A DNA stretch of 64,000 nt, from contig JAQFVV010000008.1 in NCBI GenBank assembly GCA_028023455.1, positions 496,001 through 560,000 of the forward strand. The letters run 5' to 3'. The notes under the pieces are model-generated. The model made no database searches. It was not told the DNA's origin and worked only from the letters and a program-made list of their open reading frames with translations. Positions 1 through 12,759 of this stretch are shown here, in pieces. This DNA is from Epiperipatus broadwayi (lineage: Eukaryota; Animalia; Onychophora). The position numbers were made by a program, and so were the translations under genes. Each line of letters opens with the position of its first letter. Within the stretch, counting starts at the first letter, position 1.

Positions 1-88
1 CTAACTTGATGATGATTTAACTCCCTTTTTTATCCTGAAATGATTTTTGAAGTTTATTCTTTGTATTAGATGTAATCCACTAGTATAG

Positions 89-562
89 ATTAAAGAACCT
101 CAGAATATTAAATCGATTGTTTGTAAAAATAAAACTGCACGGTTTGAGTTGCTTTGCAAAAATGCTCTGAAGAAGACTCCTGGTCAGTCAAAATTGTCAG
201 ACTGATTAAGTTAAATAAAACAAATATTTTTACAATGATAAAGAAAAGTGGATTTATTATCTGCATAGAAATTTTTATTTCATTACTTTTCTTATATCTT
301 CATACTTTTTTTTTAATTTTCTAATTGCAGATCTCCAAAATTTACCATAATTTTTTCTTTATTTAGTATATTAGTCAAGAAGTGAGTCAGTTATTTTTGT
401 CACTTTTCAGATCACTAATTAGTGTCTTTTATTTCATTAGATTGTACTTTTTTTGTTCAGAGATTCTTTGCCTTCAGTTAGGGATTTTCTGACAATGACA
501 TATCAAAAATACTGGCTCCTAACTTTAGTCATGATGTAATTTTGCATGATCTTGAAAAATGG
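89..562 (+). other. Candidate small host exons (89-182, 331-381, 482-562), unverified
   Basis: AG/GT-bounded segments. 89-182 reads IKEPQNIKSIVCKNKTARFELLCKNALKKTP and 482-562 reads GFSDNDISKILAPNFSHDVILHDLEKW. 331 has a good acceptor (ttttctaattgcag) and 382 a good donor (gtgagt). The phases do not chain into one clean ORF and no family is recognised. Confidence 0.25.
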
Positions 563-2865
563 GTAATGTTAATAAATTTTCATAACAATGTTACTTGGAA
601 TATTGCAACTTTCACTTTACTTTTACTCATTTGGATAAGATTAAATACAAGCTTTAACAATTAATTTATATTCTTAATCATGAATGAGGCCTTTATTTAG
701 TGTGTTTACTGCACCATTCTTATTTATTTTAAGAATATTTATCATTTAATGTGTCCTGCTCTTAATCATGCATTAGTTTCATGTCGCATGTTAAGGATAT
801 TTCTGCTATAACTGTTTTATTTGTTACAGTTATTTGGAATATTAAAGATGACCATATCTAAAGTCATATAGTTATTTTTCTGTATTCAGCAGTATAATTG
901 ATAGTGACTGAATGTTTTATTTTCTCTAATTGTGTTCATGATTGATTCAGAAGTTATGAGTCAAATTAATAATATATAACCCAATAAGCAATTTCTGGGT
1001 TATGGAGTTGAAAAATAGATGTCATTATTAGTATAAAAGAATTTATGGTTTTAGCATTAAGTAACATTAGCAAATAATAATATTACTAAATATTATTGTT
1101 ATTTATTATTAAATATATTTCTAATATGATTGTGGCAAATATGCACATATCCTGAATATCAAGAGATAGAGCATTTTTCTTATTAAAAAGATGTTTAAAA
1201 AGTGATCTTAAACCAGATAATATTCATATCATTAAATGATCTCATACGGACTAAAAATTTTGTTCATGAAAATGTTTTTTTTTAAGTAATAAACTGTATA
1301 TTCAGCCTACAGCATAAGCACATCCAACCTTCTCTGTTGCTATTCTTATTTTTAAAAAAGACTAAATTTGTCACATCTCAATTAGTAATTTTATCATTAT
1401 GTATTACAAATAATTAATAAAAAATACAAAACAGTCTAATAAAGATTGATTTTATTTGAAGTTTAACTTTGATAATATTATATTAATATATATCATAGAC
1501 AATTAGTAATTAAATAAAAAATATACTACATTTGTCCAATTTATTCTTTGATGAATTAGATATTCTGATTTCTCATGTATAGAAGTTGATAAGTATGCAA
1601 CCATCTTTTAACTATTAGATCATAGGATCACATATTGCCCCCATCCCCTAAGATATCATCAGTGATCTACATCTCTGCACACAATATTCTGGAACAATTG
1701 TTACTGTTTCTCATATATTTTTAAAAAGGGAAGGATTATTTCTACTGGTTACTTAAAAATTCTTTCATATTTTTAAAATAATGCCAAAAGGAAAAAAATG
1801 CTGGATTTAATTCACCATCCACTTTAATGGATTCATGTATATTTATATGTGTCACTGTATCTGTTTTTCATTTAGGATTAGTTTGTGCCAATTTATGAAC
1901 TTTTGGTTTACATTTTAAATGTCAGCAAAGTTATCATGTAGTGCATTTAATTTCAGCCAATAATTCAAATCAGAATAAAATTCAAATGTTTTCTATTTGA
2001 TCTTTTTTTATGAGCACTTGAGCTATAATAAATTAGAAATCCAGTTTATATTAAAAAAATTATGTCAAAATAAAATAAATTTCTATATTGCACAATATGT
2101 ACACATATATCTATTGCAAATCACCAGACAGACAAATTTAAATAAACAATATATCAATATATATTTAATTATATATTTTACTCATCTCTGGTGTTACAAA
2201 GAACAAATACAAATAAACAGAAAAATGATAGTCCCATATACACACATATAGACATTAATTTAATAAAAAGACATAACGCATATTTAAAAAAAAAAAAAAT
2301 TATTAACAAATATTGCGTTTATGTATATACATATAGTATGTTTTACTATATAAGAGTTTATTCTGTATGGGTTATTATGTTAGAAACAAAAATATCTTGA
2401 TTACAGCTGATAGAGGAGGGTAATTTTGTTTACATCACCATTTTTTTTCTGCCAGAATTTATTCCTAATACTATCTTATTAACTAAATCTCTTAGAAAAT
2501 CACACAATTTAATATGATGAATGAGTTATTTTGTGATACTGTTAGAATTGATAAATAAATTATTATTAAGTTTGAGTAGCATTTAGAAAATTAGATAGAA
2601 TTATGATTTAATAAAATAATACTCTCATACATTAAAATCAAAATAGATCCTAGAAATTCATGTAGATAATTCATTGAAACTTTGCAATTTCATCGTCTAA
2701 ATCTTTGAATTTATTTATGTGTACATATATGATATATATATATGTATATTTAGGCAATATATATATATCTTTTTAATGAATATATTTATATATTATACAG
2801 ACATAAGAAAAAAAGTAAAACATGTTTTATATAGTTTTTTTTTTTTGTTGTTTATTTATTTACAG

Positions 2866-2904
2866 GATGATGGGAAAGAGGATGAAACAGTCATGGAAAG
2901 TTGA
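2866..2904 (+). other. Candidate terminal coding exon (DDGKEDETVMES*)
   Basis: Strong polypyrimidine acceptor (tttatttatttacag) before a short open frame ending in TGA, with AATAAA about 45 bp downstream. Phase 0 is compatible with 482-562. Confidence 0.25.
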
Positions 2905-3392
2905 TTCAACTTTTTATATGATAATTATTATTATTTCTCTTATAGAGAATAAAATATAATTTGTCTTATTCAGTTGACTGAATTATTGACACAGTATATT
3001 TATATACAAAAGTGCATTTGGGAGAATGATTTGACATTTTATATTAGAATTTCAACTAGCTGGTATGTACTGGGATTATTTTTTATATACAAAGATATTT
3101 ATATATATTGGGTCCCATTTTTTAATTAGCATAAATAAATAAAGCATAGAATTTGTTCCTTTATGTTGAAAAATGAAATAAATTGTTATTTAATTATGAG
3201 ATCTTATTGTAAGGTTATTGTTTTTTTATTATTATTATTGTTATTTTTTTTTTTAATTACATTTTTTAAAATGGAAATTATTTTATCTTTTTGTTTTAAT
3301 AAATTTTTTTAACAATGATTGTCAGTCTTATTAATTTCTGTGAAAGATTCTAACTGCATTTTTGCAATGCAATAATTTTTTCTTTGTTTGTA

Positions 3393-4836
3393 CACCCGGA
3401 TCTCGTTTTATGCGGATTTATTTAATGTGATTTTGAAGTTATGCGATTCATATTTCTTCTTAATATCTTTATATGCAGTTTTCTTTTATGCGATAAAAAT
3501 TATTAGATCAGAAGTCGAGCTCCGATAATGTGCTATTACTTTAAATATTATAAATTTCGCGCATTCACGTCATATTTAAAGTAATAGCTCATTATCGGAG
3601 TTCAACTTCCATCTAATAATTTCAATATTTTCAGCGTTTTATAATAGTAGTGTAATAGATTTTATGTAATAAAGAAGTTCATAATTCACTTAAAATCAAG
3701 ATTTCCCCATTTTATATATACACATTAAATTTTACAAGATTATAATGTAAATCTGTTCAAACGTTATAGATGCCTTTACTATGTATGTTGTTATTTTTGC
3801 ATTTTAAATCATGTTTTATTTTTGCTTTTTTAAAAAAGAGTATATAATCAATTAATCATTTAGTGTCCGCAAGTAATATATTTTACAAGACTATAATGTA
3901 AATCTGTTCAAACGTTATAGATGAAAAATACTATGTATGTTGTTGTTTTTGCATTTTAAATCATGTTCTATTTTTGCTTTTTATAAAAAGAGTACGTAAT
4001 CAATTAATCATTTAGTGTCCGCAAGTTTATTTTTAAAAGGTGAGTAATAGCGGTGGGCACAATTAAATTTGACAATTAAAATTTGATTTTTAATTGTAGT
4101 TAACAATTTAAAAATTACGTAACATGATCTGAAATTAATATGATGTGAAACAATAAAATTTAATTTTTAAATGGAATTGAAAATTAAAAAATTAAAGATA
4201 AAAACAAGAATTTAATTTTTAATTGTTAGTTTTAATTAAATTTTGCCCAACAGTGGTGAGTCTGTATCTTTTTATTATCGTAAGTCTAAGTTCTTATTTT
4301 TATTTTAAACATTTAGTTTACCCTAATGGAGAGGAAAAAACATCCAAGAAAATGAATTTCTTTGGAAACAAAAATTTCAATTTTAGATCGCTTAGCGAAA
4401 TAGGAAGGATCAACAGTGATTGGAAAACGTTTTAGTTATATTTCCTTTTGACTTTGTTTAAGAAGCTACAGTACCTCTCACATCACATTATAGCAATAAT
4501 TAAAATACCGTACATGTATGAAAAAAATGTAAATTACGCATAAAAATATATTGTTTTGAATAAAATTAAATACTGTAGTTAATAAAAAAAGTAAAAAAAG
4601 TTTATCTTGTATCAATTTTTTTCAAATTTGAAATTTTTTATTTGTCATATTTTATTTTTTTTATTTTATGCGAATTTTTAAGTAATTTTACGTTGTTGCT
4701 TTGCTTTTATGCGATTTTCGAAAATTACAGCAACCTATCCCCCAATTTTCAAGGTAAATTAAGTCTATTTTTGTGTGATTTCTTTTATGCGCGTTTTCTG
4801 AGAAACTTATCTACCACATAAAACGAGACCCATGTG
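3393..4836. mobile_element. Non-autonomous Tigger/pogo-like MITE, copy 1
   Basis: TA on both sides. Imperfect TIRs: CACCCGGATCTCGTTTTATGCGG at the left, CATAAAACGAGACCCATGTG at the right. No ORF. Collinear homologue at 20717-21833. Confidence 0.8.
3730..4025 (+). repeat. 151-bp-period tandem duplication inside MITE copy 1
   Basis: ttttacaaga...tagtgtccgcaagt occurs at 3730 and 3881. Copy 2 has a single unit. Confidence 0.9.
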
Positions 4837-5289
4837 TAATTACAATGTTTTTTTTTAAAACTCATCCTGTATTAAAATGTGTATAAAATAAATAAGCAGT
4901 TATAATGGATTTCTTATGGTAAAAAAATTTATTTTATTAGCATAGATTCAAATAAGAATTGGTGATAGCTTAAATAAAAATAATATTAAATACAGCTGCT
5001 TGAATAATATATATATATGAAATTATTGAATAATATTTTATAAGGTTTTTGTGGCTTTATCTTTCTTTATTATTTTCTTTATTATGATTATTAATGTTTT
5101 GTATAGTTATGAGGTTTTTTACAATGTGTAAAAACACACTTCATTATTGTTAATATACACATGGTTCAAAGTATCAATGACCACTACTTTTTAAAGATCA
5201 TTGTAATAAATATTTTAAGTATTAAGAATAAGGGAATAAAGTTTTGCATTGTATATAGATAGAGCAGAGAATAAAGTATAAAATTAATA

Positions 5290-6459
5290 AACCGAATATA
5301 TTTTTAAAATGTTAGAGTCATTATCATAATTACCAAAAAATAAATATTATTTCACTGTTAAAATACTGTTGGGTGTCTGATTTATCATATACTTTTTTGC
5401 ACAATAAACCAAGCTTTTTTTATTTTTCTCTTTCTGTCTTTTCTTGTTTCTTAAATTTGCCATAATTTCACCATAGTATATATTTATGGAGAATCCAATC
5501 AGTTATACCCCACAGTTGTATGACATTAGAACAGTCCATCTTATCTACTTTGTCTTTTGTGTTATTGATTAATCTATTCAAATTCATAAGTACCAGCTCA
5601 CATTTAACTTATGTGCACACATCACTCCAGTTTTATTTCCAATATTCAGTACATATCTATTTTTTCCTCTTCTTATCTATAGTAATTTTTTAAAATACCT
5701 TGCATATCTATATATAACAGTTTTATTAAAACCAGCTTTTCACAACAGAAACGTAAATTTTCAAATTCTCAGTTTTGTCAGACTCAAAAATACAAACAGT
5801 TGTTTTGATATAAAAATACATTCAATCCCACATTTACACCACTTTTGCCTTTTTGACATCACATTAACAAATATATTTAATTGTCATTTTATAATACAAC
5901 TAATTAAGGCTTCACTTTATTTTTAAATCTAAGTTATAAATTTCCTTATCTTTTTTGTGCTTTTTAGTCAAATTTAATCCTGACCTTTTATTTAATTCAT
6001 CAAAAATATGGTCTGGAGTGCACATATAAAAACGTTATCCATATGCCATATCTTTACAAAGCTTTTATATTGATTTATAGGAATGATTATATTATTCTCT
6101 TTATCTGACAATCCTAAATTACAAACTACTGTGCTAATAGACACTGCCATAGGCCAAGTCCTGTCATTTTTATATATTGTCTTTAATTTTAGCTATAGTA
6201 TCTTTGTCAGTTTAGGTTAATACATCATGAATAAATTCACAATTGTATTTGTTAACATTTTTAGTAAGTAATAAATTATTAATAATTTTAATAATTATTT
6301 TCTATTTATTGATCCCAATGATGCCATTCTATATTTATTCACTATAATTGTTTTCTTAATAATATCTATAAATTCAAATGAAAATTTAATTGCAAACTTT
6401 CCAAAACCTAATTTTTTTTTTTTAATGTTTGTGTTATGATACCTCATAATAACATATAC
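5290..6459 (-). mobile_element. Unclassified repeat with decayed coding capacity, copy 1 (split by the Gypsy; continues at about 20528-20700)
   Basis: The reverse complement aligns with 22120-23420 (shared blocks include ATGTTATTATGAGG, AATTAGGTTTTGGAA, GTGAATTTATTCATGAT, ACTGAATATTGGAAATAAAA, ACTTATGAATTTGAATA, GGCAAATTTAAG). The reverse complement of 20531-20620 aligns with 22030-22110. Confidence 0.7.
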
Positions 6460-9400
6460 TGAAACAGTATATTCCTGCCCTCATATCTGTTTCACTTATT
6501 TTTCCCTACAGCCACATCTATGCCAGGTTTAAACACCCTCTAGTACATGTATATATGCATTAAAACAGTTATATAAGCGTCAACACAGTTGTATAGGTAT
6601 GATCACACATACATGCGTGGATAAATGACTAATATCAATGTATGTGCATATATTGTAGCATTTATATTTCTTTTTTATAAATAATATTTGGTATAAAATC
6701 TGTTTTATTTAAGAAAGAGTGTACAGTTTAAATATTCTAAATAATATTTGTTTTATTTTAGAGGGAAATTTTGAATAGTATGTGAGATCCAGCAGAGTTC
6801 TGTCATTAAGGGCTGGAGCAATTCTCAAATTTGATCGGATGAATTCAGACACCAAACCTTCAATTGACATGGTTATCTAAATGGTTTCTGAATCAATTTC
6901 TTTTTTTTTTTCATACTCATTACAATTGTAATGAATCACTTTTCCAGATTAAAACCATTGAATGTTTAAACAATTAAAAAGATCAAAAGTGAAGAAACAG
7001 TCTTTAGTGAAAACTGACAGGGTAATTAGACATAATTAACTATAAAATTTAGAGGGGTGGGGATGAATTCTGAATTAAACATAGCCAGCTGGTTTTAATC
7101 TGAGAAATATAAATAAGGCAGATTTCTTACTGCTTCACTTAGTTACGTTTTCTTTTTCTGTAAGTTTTGTGAAGAAGCCACACACTGGTGGGCTAAATAA
7201 GATTCACTTTCTCCCATTGCCCGGAGATGGGTGATCTCTATTCCTTCAGCATGCCTATGGACAAACCTTCCAGCAGCCTGCCGTGAGAAGGAGAGGTGAA
7301 GAAATTGAAAACCTACTTGAAAAGAAATGCCACTACACCGTGATGCCACTGTTTGATGTACCTGCTTTCCAGTCATTACCACATTGTTTGATGTACCGCG
7401 TTCAAGTCCCTGTCAAGAAGACATTGGTAATATTCTTTTAAAGACTGCAGCTCTATAAATTAATCTATAAACTCTAATCTAAGCTAGCTGTATACTATAA
7501 AGAATGTTCTATATAAATTCTCAAAATTCTTTGATTTAAATCATTTGTAAAAGAACTCTGTAAACTTGTATAAATATATCTATATATTGTTAATCATTTA
7601 TGGTCAATCTGCTTTCTAAAAATCTGTAACTTATTTTTAAAGTAACTAAGAAATCATTTTATAAATGTAATCTTGTAAACCTGCCGGAATTTCTTTTATA
7701 AATTAAAAGATATCTACAATCAGTTAGCTTAAATTTCTAAAAACTACAGTCATACCTAACTTTATTGTTTTAAATATTTTGTTTACATTTATTCTATTTA
7801 AATTTAATATGTGATAATATGCCCGTCTTTCAAACAGCGAAAAATAATTAATTAACTTACAATGAAGATAATTAAACTCTCCACTTTAAACATTTTAAGA
7901 ACCCTGCTTGGTATATTAAAATCACTGTTTCGAAATAATAATATTGATGCGTACTAAATGATCGCTAATCGCTCATTGTTATCCTGATTTTATATATATA
8001 ATAAATTACATTACATTTTGCAAGGTTTGCTTAGTCAGTTTTATATATTGTGACTTTTGATATCTGTTGGTTAGAGGGGATATACTGGCTAGAGATGATA
8101 ATAAAGTATATTTGCTAATGTTTATATTAATTCCCATCAAATATACATTCCCTCCTTAATTATGATTATATATATATATATATGCAGATTCAGGATTTTA
8201 GCTAGATTACAATATAGTTCAAGTCCTTTTTATTAGCATAATTATAATGTTAGTTTAAGAACTGGGTTGAGCTAGTTTGACAAATAGAAGCTATCTTTTT
8301 TAGGCACACTTAATTAATTATACGCATATGTATTGTTCTATTGTGTGCATTGCAAGTGTGTTTTTATATAGTACACATATATGTGTTACGTTTTGCTGCT
8401 CCTTTTAAATGGGTTCACGGTGACAGGCCGCCCCATTATTTAGTTCAGGTTATGACTATCTTTATTAGAACTGGAACATGCAAGTCCAGACCTTTTTCAT
8501 AAAGCCAATCCTAGTTCCTGAACTATTATCTGTTCATATATAAATAGCAACAAACCGTCGGTCTCGGAGCAAACTGAGCATTTGATGCTGAAGCTTCTGA
8601 ATAATCACTCACTCGCACTGCAAGCTTACTCTTTAATATTTTATAAAGCGCCATAGCATATGTGTGTGGATCTAAAGGTAACCAGTTCTTTTCCTCTTAT
8701 TAATTAATTATTCAGTTTTAGACTGAGGTTTGAAACTTTGTTATCAGGTTGAATCTGCATGGTATTGAACTTATTTAGTTGCTCACTTTATTAATATATA
8801 TAACAGCCACCTTAGAGCTGTATATCTTCATCATCTCTATTAGGCTATCAGCTTAGAACTTTAGCAAACCAAAACAATAGGATGGGAATAAATAATTAGG
8901 GATGATTTATGAACCGCACATACATGTTTATTTTAATATATTAATATGAGACAGCTGTACCATAACAGTCTCATTCATTATAAAAAGGCCTGCCTGTATT
9001 AAATACAGATTGAATGTTATATAATCCTTGCCTTTGTGATACTTTATTTATACCATTTGTTATTGTTTTAATAAACATTTTAAAATATAAATTATTTCAT
9101 ATCTTTTTTGCTCAGGGGTCTATTTCAAGCCAATCCAATCCACATTGCCATTATTCCAATTTCTTAATCATTATGCTATGTATATATATCTCTGTAGTTA
9201 AGATTAATAGTGTGTTAAATGATCTATATTTCCCATTTAGTTAAGTTGGTAGTCATCTTCAGTCTCATGTTTCTTTTTGTCCCATGCCGGCTCGTGGTTA
9301 AATGAAGACTTGAGTTTAATCTCAGAAATGTCACTCAAATGGTGTTAAATTTCAGGGCACTGGCAGGTGAGTTGATGTTGGGTTGGATTAGAGGTCTTAA

Positions 9401-9481
9401 CCACATCACTCCGGTCAGCTTTGGTATATTTTGCCTGGGCTCTGGATTTTGTTATATGAGTGTACAAATCTGACCGTTACA
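6460..9481 (+). repeat. 5' LTR (~3.02 kb)
   Basis: Begins TGAAAC and ends CGTTACA (TG...CA, near-inverted termini). Collinear with 16087-16214 plus 17499-20532. Roughly one difference per 10 bp by eye. Confidence 0.85.
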
Positions 9482-9539
9482 TAGGTTTTTTTCGCCTATT
9501 ACGAACGCCCACTCATGAGGCTTATCGATTTATTCCACA

Positions 9540-10050
9540 CCCTGAATAGGTTGTCATGTATATACATGGAAAACTAAGAGCACATTGGTACTATAATATA
9601 TATATAAATTTCCTCGATTATGGTGCCGCAACTTAGGGCTTCGACTAGCATTCCCCACACTCCCTTTGATTGGTCAAAGGGGGAAAAAAGTTTTTTTTTC
9701 CAAAATATATGTATTCTTTTTTTTTTTACCCGATTATGGATGCCCAAACCATGGGGCCTCGTCAATTTATTTCCATGGCCCTGAATGGAGTATAGACCTT
9801 GAACTGAATATATATTTTTTAACAAAAATATGTATTTTCTTCCTCTGATTATGGATGCCATTCGTGGCCACAATTAGTTACACCCTAATCAGAGTATATG
9901 GGTGTTTTTGGACAATATTGGTATATATATTTTTTTTCCCCTGATTATGGACACCCAGTCAGTAAATTTGCATGTCCTGAGGTCCTGAACTGAATAGAGG
10001 CCCTGAACTGATTGTATAATTTTTTTTTCTCAATTATGGTATTGCAACTG
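9540..10050 (+). repeat. Degenerate five-unit array in the Gypsy 5' leader
   Basis: The motif (TA)n-polyT-cc-GATTATGG recurs at 9616, 9732, 9847, 9943 and 10032 (AATTATGG), with spacings of 116, 115, 96 and 89 bp. Confidence 0.7.
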
Positions 10051-10871
10051 GGAGACATGTTCTTAACTATATACACACATCACCTGAGTTATATATATAT
10101 ATAGATTTTTTGTCTATTTGCTTGAGACTGTTTGATTTTAAGTGATAAATTTTAAAATTGTCTGTGTAGATACTCAGATTATATGCGTAGATACAGCATG
10201 AATGTATGCAAGATGTGTTGACCAGATATGCTGTGTGTTGAATACTGATTGGGAATTTTGTGTTATATGTATAATATTTTCTCGGCTGATGTTTGGCGCC
10301 CGGGGGTGACTTGAACAGGTTAATAAGTCATCCTCATATTAATTTTGTCATCGGGGTAGAGAAAAAGATCTACACAAGGGGGATCTATTGTTTTAAAGTT
10401 TTATTGTAAAATTTGGATTGGATTGGAAGCTAAGCAATGAAACAAAAGAGGCAAGGTCAATGAGGTCAAGGTAAAATAAATAAATAAAAATATATGTATG
10501 TACTTCAAATCAAACCTGGCACAAAAAAAAAACAAAATTTTCATTATTTGGATTTTGTTTCTCTTATTAGGAGTAAAGCTGCTTCAATAAAGGAACACTT
10601 GAGGTACATCTGGTAATGTTTTTTATTATTTACTAATAAAAAATTTTTTAATTGTATGGGTATGTTAAATGTTAGACAGGGATTTAACTTAATAGTGGCA
10701 TTGTTTAGAGGGAGAAGTGATAAGGATAGGTTAATAAAGAAGTCCAGTGGGCTGAAGGTTGTGAATTAGAGAGCCATTTTCAGGAGGGGAGACAGTGAAG
10801 AACCATTTTTACAGAATATTAGTAAATTTGTTTTTTTTTATTGTTATTAGCATAGTCAAAGCTTAAGTATT

Positions 10872-12700
10872 ATGGACAGCAGTACAGAGGAGGAAACAGT
10901 AGGGGACGCAAGTGGGGAAGAAGTAAATGTAGGCTTGGACATGGAGAATGGGTCTTTAGAAAGTCTAGTAACACCAAAGGAACCATCCAACGTAGGTAGT
11001 AAAGTCGAGCCAGAAAAAGAGAAGTGCAAGGGAATAATCTTGAGGTCTGGAAAAAAGATTTTTGGGGGCGGTGGCAGCCCAGGAGAGGAAAGAGAAGTGA
11101 ACGTGGCCGATATACAGAATGAGTATATATGGAAGAATCTGCGGCCCTGGGAGATTCACCTCAAGAATTGAGAGCCAAGCCAGAATGACATGCTATTGGC
11201 TTTGTTTAGAAAGATAGAAACCATGATAACGGAGTCCAGCATCAGGTCAGGAAAACAGAAACCATGATGGAGGAGTTCAGCATCCGGTCAGAAAAACAGA
11301 TAGGAACCATGATGGCAGAATTCAAACAAGACAAGATAGTGATGATGGAGAAACTGGATGCCATAGGCAAAAAGATAGAGGAAAACAACCACAGTTTAGA
11401 GCAGTTGCAGAAGGGGTTGGAAAAATTGGGATTAAACTGCCAGTAGGGGCATGAGGAGATCCAAATTAAGTTCATGGGGCTCCTGAGTGAACATAAAGAA
11501 GAGACCGGTAGGACTATGCAGGCATTCAGAAAAGTTGAAACTACTCAGGATAGGGTCGAGGGCCAGCAAACATACATAAATGAAGTGGTTGGCAGAATCG
11601 AGGGGAATGTGGCCAGTAAATTGGAAGAACAGGAGAATGCAGTATGAAGGCTACAAGAAACACAGAGAGAAATCCAAGATGAGATTTATGATTGAGGGAG
11701 AACATAGCATAGGGCAATGAAGAGGCCACACAAGAAAGGAACAAAATGATGAATGCTATACATGAGCTAAAAGGAAAAATTATTGAAGAGATAAAGGAAG
11801 GAAAATGAGATTCCAGAGAGAGGTTCCCATGCCAGGGGAGCCATAAAAAACCCCATCATGCTGGACTTTGAGCCTGAACCTACAAATGCCTCAAGGGAAT
11901 TAGATTTAACTAGGCACTTCACCTACCCTAAGGAGAGTAGGAAATGTTCTCAGAATTAAGATGAAAGGTAGTGTGCAGGTGTTCCCTGTGACCAATAATG
12001 AGCAGACAGGTTTTGTAAGAGATATCAGAACTCGGAAGTAGAAACAGGTGGGCCAAGTCTTGTGAGACCACCAGAGATTATACCAGGGTTCCAAACTGAT
12101 CATGGTGGGATTGTTGTGCTGAGTGACCACACACATTTGAACAGTACTCATCCGCTCTTTTGAAAACATTCTGGATGATTGTTGTGCTGAGCGCCCATAC
12201 ACCTTTGAACAGTACTCATCCACCCTTTTGAAAACATGAAGTGAGGAACACCAGGATGGAATATACCATGCTATTCTTGGGGAGTCATATGGATCCATGG
12301 TCAAGGAGACCCACATGCAATTTTTCTTAAGGCAGGTTGTCTGACTTCGATGTTTGACTGCATTTCCATTTACAGAAACCCAGATGATCCTGCTGATAGT
12401 GGGGTGTAGGATACATGCCATAGAAGAGATAGCAGGATTCTTGACCATCAATTTTAACCTGTACCCAAAGAACCACCAGAAATGGTGTGCAAGATAGAGT
12501 CCGCTAGGTGCCAGGCACTTGTGACCAATAACAGATCACTATCTGGAGTGCAGAGAAGGTAACAGGGTGGTCAAACCCCTGTGGAGCTCTAAAAGCACCA
12601 GTGGCCATTAAACTCCAGAGGGTTCCTTTCCAGAACCCCATTGAGACACCAGGGAACAGAACTACACAAACCGACAGGCACTATCAGTAAGGGGTCAGAT
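10872..12700 (+). pseudogene. Gypsy gag remnant
   Basis: Fragmented E/K-rich and coiled-coil-like frames (10872-11171, 11264-11446) directly upstream of the protease. Assigned by position; multiple stops. Confidence 0.6.
12109..12237 (+). repeat. 68-bp tandem duplication within gag
   Basis: gattgttgtgctgag...tgaacagtactcatcc...tgaaaacat starts at 12109 and 12177. Confidence 0.9.
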
Positions 12701-12759
12701 GAGTCCGGGCTAAGTGTTCCGATTGGACCCTGTCTCATGGTTACTATTTAAATTCATTC

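Noticed and set aside
7143-7382. 79-aa minus-strand ORF in the 5' LTR
   Set aside because: The homologous frame in the 3' LTR has an early TGA, and no family is recognised.
9540-10050. CRISPR-like repeat-spacer appearance
   Set aside because: The context is a eukaryotic retrotransposon leader. Only about 8 nt are invariant, spacing is irregular, the spacers share motifs, and there are no cas genes.
10294-10302. TGGCGCCCG, a tRNA-Lys PBS-like match
   Set aside because: Only 9 nt long and about 810 bp from the LTR end.
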